Source: a virus. Taken from it: a stretch of DNA of 17,535 nt. The notes below the pieces were generated by a model, which worked only from the letters and a program-made list of their open reading frames with translations, made no database searches and was not told the origin of the DNA. Below, piece after piece: positions 1-6,272 of this stretch. The DNA lies in the UHGV virus genome UHGV-0122804, one strand, 5' to 3'. The first letter of the stretch is position 1; each line of letters starts with the position of its first letter. The translations under genes were made by a program, and so were the position numbers.

Positions 1-2
1 AA

Positions 3-533
3 CGGCGCGATGAGGTTCATCGTAAGTTGGCAGAGTTGGGAGCCACGAAGGGGATTGGTAGTTTGTGGGTTGTTGAGCGTCCGTCAGGAAGTATGTCACC
101 GGCAGATCTGGACCGTATGCTTAACAGCATGAAAGCCAATGGCATGGTGCCTGATATGGTTGTTGTCGACTACGCAGATTTGATGCGTGCCAGTTATGAC
201 CTTCGTGATGATCGCGCTAACATTCGTAGTATCTACACCGATTTACGTGCTCTTTATGACAAGCATAACGTTGCTGGGATCACGGCATCGCAGACAAACC
301 GTGAAGGTGGCGCGTCAGAAGTTGCCACAATGATGCACGCCGCCGACAACATCGAAAAAGTACGTATTGCTGACCTGGTAATAACGATCAACAAAACCGA
401 AGAAGAAGAAGCGAAAGGAGAGGCTCGTCTCTACTTTGCTGGTTCTCGTAACCAGCAGGGAGGGATCAGCATTCGCGTTAAACAAAACCTCGAACAAATG
501 CGCTTCATTGAGCGAATCTTAGACGTTACCTAA
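3..533 (+). CDS. DnaB-family replicative DNA helicase, C-terminal part (5' end cut by window edge; T4 gp41-like)
   Basis: Frame is open from nt 3 with no stop to the window start. Contains VVVDYADLM (Walker B/H2-like), ITASQTNREG (H3-like) and FAGSRNQQGG (H4-like) DnaB motifs. Stop at 531-533. Confidence 0.8.
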   Translation, partial: RRDEVHRKLAELGATKGIGSLWVVERPSGSMSPADLDRMLNSMKANGMVPDMVVVDYADLMRASYDLRDDRANIRSIYTDLRALYDKHNVAGITASQTNREGGASEVATMMHAADNIEKVRIADLVITINKTEEEEAKGEARLYFAGSRNQQGGISIRVKQNLEQMRFIERILDVT

Positions 534-538
534 AAAAT

Positions 539-563
539 AAGCGTGGAGAACACCTCCACGCTT
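539..563 (+). other. 10-bp stem / 5-nt loop hairpin between helicase stop and primase start
   Basis: aagcgtggag (539-548) pairs perfectly with ctccacgctt (554-563), loop aacac. No T-run follows on + strand. Confidence 0.5.
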
Positions 564-680
564 GATTCATTGGTGAAACAACTTTTCTTTTGCCAAACCA
601 CAAAAGAAAAACACATGAACCTTTATATTATATCAACATTTAGGTTGGTCACAATATTGCCTATTAAAAGTGGAATTATC

Positions 681-1796
681 GTGAGCGAGCTGAAAGAGCT
701 AATTACCGAATTAGATTTTGAACAATGGTTGGACACTGAAGGTATCGTTTATCGACGTGGAGGCGTGAGTGCTCGCGGTCGTGAAGTGAATATCAAGGAG
801 TGTCCGGTATGTGGCAGCTCCAACTGGAAGGTATATTTCAATCTGACCAGTGGCGTCGGCAAATGCTTTGCTGGTGATCATCCCGAAGAGATTCAGTTCA
901 ATAAGCTGGTCTTCCTCAAGCACTACAGCGGTAAATCACGACGACAGTTCGAGGAATATGTGCAGAACGCGCTGATCTCACAAGGATGGGCGCCGAAGAA
1001 GGAAGAGGTCGTGCTGGCCAGCAAGGTTGAACTCGAAGGGCCAGTAGCTCTCCCTCGACATTACGAACTCCCCATTGACGGTCGTCTTCCTGATTATCTG
1101 GTGGAGCGCCATATCTCCCCGGATCTGGCCAAATACTTTGATCTGCGTTACTGCGTCGAAGGCAAGCACGCATACGTCGATCCGTACACAGACCAGGTCA
1201 AAGGGCAGGTGTTTGATATGCGCATCCTGATACCGGTTTACGATCTGGATGGCGTGATGAAGACCTTCCAGGGGCGTGACATTACCGGTGCAGCAGAACG
1301 CCGTTATCTCTTCCCTATGCAGCTGCCGGCGTCGGGTAAGTTTCTCTACAACGGCCACAACGCAGTCGGGAAACAAACAGTCGTTGTGTGTGAAGGGGCA
1401 TTTGACGTAATGGGCGTGAAGCGAGCCATCTTCGACGAAAAGACGCTGAGGGATTATGTAGAGCCAATTGGCACGTTCGGGATGCACTTGTCCGGAAATA
1501 TGAATGAGGACGCTGAAGATCAGTTGGGCGCGTTCCTGACGCTCAAGGCGCGTGGGTTACGTAATGTGATCATGATGTGGGATAGTGAAAAGCAAGCTAT
1601 ACGCAACACTATGGCCGCAGCCAGGCGACTGACCAGTATTGGTCTTAATGTCAAAGTGGCGTGTTTGGGTGAGGAAGGACTCGACCCGGGCGGTGCAACG
1701 CCAGAACAAATTATCAAAGCCTATTATCGGGCAAAACCGTATACCAAACAGTTGGAGTTGCAAAGCAAGGTTTTGGGCATTAAGGCTCTATCATAA
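681..1796 (+). CDS. DNA primase, T4 gp61-like (zinc ribbon + TOPRIM); start uncertain (GTG 681 preferred, ATG 615 or GTG 543 possible)
   Basis: CPVCGSS...GKCFAGDH zinc-binding region about 40 aa from the proposed start. ILIPVYDLDGVMKTFQGR matches my recollection of the T4 gp61 segment (LVIPIYN..G...FQGR). VVVCEGAFDVMGV is a TOPRIM E-G-x-x-D motif. Nt 600-680 is AT-rich and looks non-coding. Confidence 0.8.
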   Translation: MSELKELITELDFEQWLDTEGIVYRRGGVSARGREVNIKECPVCGSSNWKVYFNLTSGVGKCFAGDHPEEIQFNKLVFLKHYSGKSRRQFEEYVQNALISQGWAPKKEEVVLASKVELEGPVALPRHYELPIDGRLPDYLVERHISPDLAKYFDLRYCVEGKHAYVDPYTDQVKGQVFDMRILIPVYDLDGVMKTFQGRDITGAAERRYLFPMQLPASGKFLYNGHNAVGKQTVVVCEGAFDVMGVKRAIFDEKTLRDYVEPIGTFGMHLSGNMNEDAEDQLGAFLTLKARGLRNVIMMWDSEKQAIRNTMAAARRLTSIGLNVKVACLGEEGLDPGGATPEQIIKAYYRAKPYTKQLELQSKVLGIKALS

Positions 1797-1810
1797 CAAT
1801 CACCTTTAAA

Positions 1811-1850
1811 ATAAGTAGATGATTACTTATCTTTCTGTGAGAATACTTTC
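1811..1850 (+). promoter_or_regulatory. Motif A copy 1: inverted repeat ATAAGTA-N6-TACTTAT then CTTTCTGTG and ACTTTCA, 22 nt upstream of the ATG at 1872
   Basis: ataagta (1811-1817) and tacttat (1824-1830) are exact reverse complements. Same composite motif recurs at 5163-5200 and 8026-8078. Confidence 0.5.
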
Positions 1851-1871
1851 ATCTGTTAGCTAGGAGTTGGT

Positions 1872-2648
1872 ATGAAAGACGAAATTCAGAAATTAGCCTG
1901 CGACATCATTGATAAAACTGGTTTAGAAATCAGCGAGAGCAATCGGCTAGACATCATTGAAAAAGCCGTAAAAACAGCAATGGATCATATCGCCACTCGT
2001 TTGGTCGAGATCCCGCTACCGGGGCTACCTTATCTGAAGGTTAAGTTGTGCGTATGGGGCGAACCTGCACATGCACGACGTTCTGCATTAGTTGTTTTTA
2101 TTAGCAAAGAAAACCCGCTCAGTCTTAAAGTGCAGGTTGGAGCATGGCTTGATGGCAGAGTGATCTACACAAATACCGTTTTTTGTCTTTCAAACGACGA
2201 AACTATTGAAGCGGCCATTCAAGAAGCAGTTCAAGCAATGCGCAGCAGCGGTTTGATGAAGAATAACTACGAAGAGTACTTGCGTTCGATAAGTGGTGAA
2301 AAGACATTATCTCTGAAAGCAGATTTCGTTACCCCGAAAAATCTGTTGGAAGTCTTGCTTAATAAAGGGGCTAATGATGCCGTAAATGTAATCAGAGAGA
2401 GTGAGTATGCGTCTCTTTGCGACATGTGCAAAAGCCAGTTGGATCTGGTGCATATCGTTATTGATGCTGGGAAGGCATGTGATGGCGTAATGGCGGAATT
2501 TGCTTGGAAGGTGGTCAGGATTGCTAACGAATTACCGATGATAGAGCAACAGGCTAAATCATACGCCACCAATCATGTCACAGAGCTTCTTGTCCCCTAT
2601 CGCTTAGAAAGCGATCAGCGCAAGATGATTAGCTGGGGAAGTTGGTAA
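1872..2648 (+). CDS. hypothetical protein (258 aa)
   Basis: Intact ORF with SD-like aggag 6 nt upstream of the ATG. No motif I can assign. Confidence 0.6.
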   Translation: MKDEIQKLACDIIDKTGLEISESNRLDIIEKAVKTAMDHIATRLVEIPLPGLPYLKVKLCVWGEPAHARRSALVVFISKENPLSLKVQVGAWLDGRVIYTNTVFCLSNDETIEAAIQEAVQAMRSSGLMKNNYEEYLRSISGEKTLSLKADFVTPKNLLEVLLNKGANDAVNVIRESEYASLCDMCKSQLDLVHIVIDAGKACDGVMAEFAWKVVRIANELPMIEQQAKSYATNHVTELLVPYRLESDQRKMISWGSW

Positions 2649-2703
2649 GCTCTCAGTGTGTCGTTTTTTACGCAAATAATGATAGGTAAGCACAAGATTA
2701 TTT

Positions 2704-3186
2704 TTGGCGGTAATTGTGAAAGCTGATTTGTCAAAAATTCCCTCTATTTCAGGAAATAATGGTTATTCACTTCGTTGTGAGGAAGTAAAGATAAACGGTG
2801 AGTCGGCATATTGCAGCTACTCCGTTTGCCAGCACACCATTCTTGCCTTCAAAGAAAACCGTCTTCCTCGAACTTCATTCCAGTCGTGCGCAACCGCTAT
2901 CAAAGCAGGCAAATGCAAGGCGTTAAAAATGATGGTTGAAGAGATTCGTAAAGGAGAATCTCTGTATTTCGAAGATATGACCGCGCTCATTAAGGAGGTT
3001 GAAGAACGGAATAAACAAGTCAGAACTATAAAACGAAAACGTGACAGTGTAACGATTAATAGCATGGTTAAGAAGAGCACCACATCACAAACAGCGATCA
3101 CTGACGTGTATGCGGCGTTGCTTGAAGAAACAACAAAAGAAACACATGAGCAAATCGATCAACATATGGAGGTAAAACAACAATGA
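2704..3186 (+). CDS. hypothetical Cys-containing protein (160 aa); start uncertain (TTG 2704 or GTG 2716)
   Basis: ORF whose stop overlaps the ligase start (ATGA at 3183-3186). Several Cys/His (CSYSVCQH, C..C) but no confident zinc-finger assignment. Confidence 0.45.
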   Translation: MAVIVKADLSKIPSISGNNGYSLRCEEVKINGESAYCSYSVCQHTILAFKENRLPRTSFQSCATAIKAGKCKALKMMVEEIRKGESLYFEDMTALIKEVEERNKQVRTIKRKRDSVTINSMVKKSTTSQTAITDVYAALLEETTKETHEQIDQHMEVKQQ

Positions 3187-4505
3187 AAAAGTTGATCGCA
3201 CTTAAGCATAAGCTGGACGAAATGAAAGCTATGGGAACCAATGCAAAAAAAGAGGCATTGGCCAACATGGATGACTTTGAACAAAGCATGGTTTCATTGA
3301 TGCTCAACCCTTTCATCCGTTTTGGGGTAAAAAAATACAAAGTGGCAGAGCCGCTTAGTGAGTCCGTCCCAAGTGACGAAAAAGCCATTGATGTACTGAA
3401 TCAGCTGGCCTCTCGCGAGCTGACGGGGAACGCAGCAATAGCTGCTGTTGAGTCTATCGTGGCGTCAATGTGCGCTGATGGGCAGGACGTCTTCCGTCGT
3501 TTCCTCTTAAAAGATCCGAAAGCTGGCGTTGGGATTAGCCTATGTAACAAGGTTTTTGAAAATCCCATTCCGAAATTCGAGGTGCAGCTGGCGTCACCGT
3601 ATAAAGAAAAAGGCGACAAATACCCCTTCAAGCCAAATCCTAAAGCCAAATGGCCGATGATTGGCAGCCTTAAGCTCGATGGTTTGCGAGTAATTTGTGA
3701 GGTTATTGTTGACGAGGAAGAGGTTAACTTCCTTTCTCGTACTGGTAATCCAATCACGTCTCTCGATCACCTAAAGCCAGCCATGCTCGAATTAGGCAAA
3801 CTTTCAGGCCACAAACACATCTTCTTCGATGGTGAAGGAACAGCCGGTTCATTTAACCAGTCCGTATCTGCATTGCGCAAAAAGAACGTGCAGGCAATTG
3901 GCGCTATTTATCATGTTTTCGACTTCTTCCTACCGGAATGGCGAGCACAGGCTAAATCCAAAGAGTATGCAAAGACAGGTATGAAGCTGAAAGAGCGCCT
4001 GGCTATGCTGGTGGCGTTGTTCAAAAACGATCGCAGTGAAGGCTACACACAAGACATTCACCTGCATCCGTTCTATATCATCCATAGCCACGAAGACTTC
4101 ATCGAACGCTTCATGAAACGCCTGGACGATAACGAAGAAGGGGAGATGGGCAAAGATCCGAACTCTGTTTACGAGTTTAAACGTACCCGCAGCTGGTGGA
4201 AGTTAAAAGACGAAGATTCAGAAGATGGTGAAATTATCGACTTTGAGCCGGGCGACCCGGACTCTGGTTTTGCCAACACACTTGGAAAAATTGTTATTCG
4301 TCTTGAAAACGGCGTCATCGTTCGTGCGAGCGGCATTAAGCATAAATATCTGGACGAGATCTGGAACAACAAAGAGAAGTACCGTGGTCGTATTGTCGAG
4401 GTTCATTGTCACGAGAAAACACCGGACGGCAGCTTACGCCACCCACGACTGAAATGGCCGCGTTGCTTACGCGATACCGAAGATCGAATCGGAGATAAAG
4501 AATGA
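3183..4505 (+). CDS. ATP-dependent DNA ligase
   Basis: Motif I KLDGLR (adenylation lysine), FFDGEG (motif III-like), EGEMGK (motif IV-like), WWKLK (motif V). SD ggagg upstream. About 440 aa, consistent with phage ligases. Confidence 0.85.
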   Translation: MKKLIALKHKLDEMKAMGTNAKKEALANMDDFEQSMVSLMLNPFIRFGVKKYKVAEPLSESVPSDEKAIDVLNQLASRELTGNAAIAAVESIVASMCADGQDVFRRFLLKDPKAGVGISLCNKVFENPIPKFEVQLASPYKEKGDKYPFKPNPKAKWPMIGSLKLDGLRVICEVIVDEEEVNFLSRTGNPITSLDHLKPAMLELGKLSGHKHIFFDGEGTAGSFNQSVSALRKKNVQAIGAIYHVFDFFLPEWRAQAKSKEYAKTGMKLKERLAMLVALFKNDRSEGYTQDIHLHPFYIIHSHEDFIERFMKRLDDNEEGEMGKDPNSVYEFKRTRSWWKLKDEDSEDGEIIDFEPGDPDSGFANTLGKIVIRLENGVIVRASGIKHKYLDEIWNNKEKYRGRIVEVHCHEKTPDGSLRHPRLKWPRCLRDTEDRIGDKE

Positions 4506-4717
4506 TCGTATTAAGTAAACGGGAGAAAGAAACGCTTCATGAAATAAGTAAGTGGCCGGAGTTCCCTGAGTACTGGAAGCCTAAAACGCGAGCTAAGTTA
4601 GAGCGTTTAGGGTTGGTTGCAAACGTTTCTGAAACGTGGTGTTCGGCCAACTACCAGTTAACTGATAAAGGGAAAGTATTGCTACAGCAATTAGTAGAAT
4701 CAGGAGTGTTAATATGA
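4502..4717 (+). CDS. hypothetical small protein (71 aa)
   Basis: ATGA overlap with the ligase stop and with the next ORF start, suggesting translational coupling. Confidence 0.5.
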   Translation: MIVLSKREKETLHEISKWPEFPEYWKPKTRAKLERLGLVANVSETWCSANYQLTDKGKVLLQQLVESGVLI

Positions 4718-4736
4718 TTCCATACATCTCATTAGC
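4709..4736 (+). repeat. Motif B copy 1 (TTAATATGATTCCATACATCTCATTAGC), overlapping the start codon of the 4714 ORF
   Basis: Core ATGATTCCATACATCTCAT is identical (19/19) to the reverse complement of 15839-15858 and matches 5710-5728 at 18/19. Confidence 0.7.
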
Positions 4737-4866
4737 TTTTATGGGTGGCTTCCTTATCGGCTTCGGCATCTGTCGTGATTTAATTAAGCAGGAACTTAAA
4801 ACCAAAACACTGTGCATCGGAAAGCGTGTGTATCGGGTAGTTCATGAAACAAAGGTGAAAAAATGA
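4714..4866 (+). CDS. small predicted membrane protein (50 aa), absent from the supplied ORF track
   Basis: ATG preceded by aggag (4701-4705). Hydrophobic N-terminus ISLAFMGGFLIGFGIC. Stop TGA overlaps the ATG of the next ORF (4863). Confidence 0.45.
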   Translation: MIPYISLAFMGGFLIGFGICRDLIKQELKTKTLCIGKRVYRVVHETKVKK

Positions 4867-5153
4867 GCGATTTAACTTCTTGGGAATGGTGGTTGGCCAC
4901 CTATTTCTTAGCGGCCGGAGTCGCATTCGCCTTTTACGTAGGTCAGTTAGTCGTAAAACTGTTGCTGATTAAATTTGCTAGTCATAAACGTATCGATGAT
5001 GGTCTGTGGCGTCTTGGCACCCTGGTGGAAACTCGCTACGGGCAACTTAAGGAGAACGAAACCATTACTATCCAAGCGAAACGATTCACTGCCACCATCA
5101 CAAGAACACCTAGTCGTAGAGTGGCCTTGATCAAAAAAGTCACAACCGAATAA
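4863..5153 (+). CDS. hypothetical protein with N-terminal transmembrane helix (96 aa)
   Basis: Hydrophobic segment WEWWLATYFLAAGVAFAFYVGQLVV. Coupled to the upstream small ORF. Confidence 0.5.
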   Translation: MSDLTSWEWWLATYFLAAGVAFAFYVGQLVVKLLLIKFASHKRIDDGLWRLGTLVETRYGQLKENETITIQAKRFTATITRTPSRRVALIKKVTTE

Positions 5154-5162
5154 AAATACAAT

Positions 5163-5200
5163 GATAAGTATTTACTTACTTATCTTTTGTGTATAAGATG
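5163..5200 (+). promoter_or_regulatory. Motif A copy 2: GATAAGTA-N6-TACTTATC then TTTTGTG and TATAAG, at the head of the 760-bp non-coding region
   Basis: gataagta (5163-5170) and tacttatc (5177-5184) are exact reverse complements. -10-like TATAAG at 5192-5197. Confidence 0.5.
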
Positions 5201-5548
5201 ACTTTGTTTTCGTTGAGACGCGACTGTTTGAACTTAAATACAAGTGCAAACGAAGAAGTCTATCTGGCAGTAGCCTAATAAGCCAAACACCAGCGAGGTC
5301 AGTTTCCAGCCTCGTTACCGAAATGGGACACACTGAGCGAGTGTGATTGCAAAACGCAGGTAGGGCATCTGGTTAACCAGTGCCCTTACCAATGAGGTAA
5401 CAGAATGGGCGGTTGGGTTTTATGTCCAACACATCCCGGCTCCCAAAGGCCCGACCGTCTATCCTGTTACGTCATTTCTGTTACTTATGTCGTTTAGTTT
5501 TGGGTTAAAAATGGCGACGTAACCCGGCTGGTTAGGTGAGCCAGCACG

Positions 5549-5641
5549 CAACGTTGAGACCACTGGTTTTTGCATCACAGGGGCAGAACCGGCAGACATG
5601 TAGGGCCAAGTACATTAATCCGTTCAGTGGTCTCAACGTTG
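5549..5641 (+). other. Perfect 17-bp inverted repeat enclosing a 59-nt loop
   Basis: caacgttgagaccactg (5549-5565) is the exact reverse complement of cagtggtctcaacgttg (5625-5641). Confidence 0.6.
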
Positions 5642-5705
5642 TGGTCACGGATTCATTATCCTTCTGGTTATAGCCATTGTTGTCACTGCCCCGTGGCCAC
5701 AACGA

Positions 5706-5733
5706 TTAAATGATTCCATACATCTAATTAGAT
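5706..5733 (+). repeat. Motif B copy 2 (TTAAATGATTCCATACATCTAATTAGAT) in non-coding DNA
   Basis: Shares about 26 nt with copy 1. Followed by the perfect palindrome atctaattagat (5722-5733). Would encode only MIPYI-stop. Confidence 0.7.
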
Positions 5734-5913
5734 CTGAATGAAAACTCTCCTCAACTCTCGGAGAATATTTGAAGATCTTGGCTTGTAAGCGTTTGGTGAA
5801 CACGTAAAGCACAAGTGGCAGGAAACGGTAGGACTGCTGCGAACGACACCGGTGAATCGGCGATACAGCCCCACAAGTCCGTGAATCGACAGAGGCTGAC
5901 GGTGTCAACCTTA

Positions 5914-5988
5914 GATGGTGTAGCTCAGTGGTAGAGCGGTTGACTGTTAATCAACTGGTCGGTGGTTCGAATCCACCCACCATCGCCA
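5914..5988 (+). tRNA. tRNA-Asn (anticodon GUU), 3' CCA encoded
   Basis: Hand-folded cloverleaf: acceptor GATGGTG/CACCATC, D stem GCTC/GAGC, anticodon stem GTTGA/TCAAC with loop CTGTTAA, T stem GGTGG/CCACC with loop TTCGAAT, discriminator G then CCA. Differs from E. coli tRNA-Asn as I recall it. Confidence 0.93.
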
Positions 5989-5989
5989 A

Positions 5990-6072
5990 CACAGCGCTGA
6001 ACGGTTTGGAGTTCGCCACCACCATCCGAACGGAAAGACTCCGCAAATGTCGCCAGACCGTTCAGCGCTGTG
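5990..6072 (+). ncRNA. Candidate structured RNA element directly 3' of the tRNA (20-bp stem with one G-U pair)
   Basis: 5990-6009 pairs with 6053-6072: 19 Watson-Crick pairs plus one T-G that is a wobble only in the + strand transcript. Loop contains an inner gttcg/cgaac hairpin. Confidence 0.4.
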
Positions 6073-6136
6073 ATAGACACGTTCTTAACCATTGCTTCTT
6101 AGCATCGTAGCAACACTTTTTTCAGCGCAAATAATT

Positions 6137-6160
6137 AAAGGGGCTTCGGCCCCTTTTGTA
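6137..6160. terminator. Bidirectional rho-independent terminator
   Basis: GGGGC-TTCG-GCCCC stem-loop, with TTTT downstream on + and an A-run upstream that gives TTTAATTATT on the - strand. Sits between the tRNA unit (+) and the 3' end of the - strand gene. Confidence 0.8.
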
Positions 6161-6272
6161 AGATTAGCAAAAAAGAACAATATTACTTGAAAAAAAAGAC
6201 AAAGTTAGTCAATTTCATTTAATAACACCAATGTCATAATCGAGGACCTTGCTCCTCTGCTTAATTAAACCA

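Noticed and set aside
543-680. Upstream extension of the primase ORF (GTG 543 or ATG 615)
   Set aside because: GTG 543 lies inside the 539-563 hairpin. The encoded N-terminus is hydrophobic and low-complexity, and the region is AT-rich. The start at 681 places the zinc ribbon at a T4 gp61-like distance. Kept only as an alternative.
978-1487. 169-aa - strand ORF inside the primase gene (also 916-1173 and 711-923)
   Set aside because: Antisense shadow ORFs within a gene that has clear primase motifs; no independent signals.
5645-5908. 87-aa - strand ORF in the non-coding region upstream of the tRNA
   Set aside because: No RBS. It spans the inverted repeat and motif B copy 2, and its RCMES string is just motif B read in reverse. 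More likely a by-product of structured non-coding DNA.
5928-6110. 60-aa + strand ORF (MVERLTVNQLVGGSNPP...)
   Set aside because: It is a translation of the tRNA-Asn gene and the downstream stem; the GGSNPP string is the typical artefact of translating a GGTTCGAATCC T-loop.
5154-6136. Additional tRNA genes, tmRNA or a group I intron near the tRNA
   Set aside because: I found no second T-loop or acceptor pattern on either strand, no tmRNA-like 5' or 3' ends and no recognisable group I core elements. Only one tRNA is supported.
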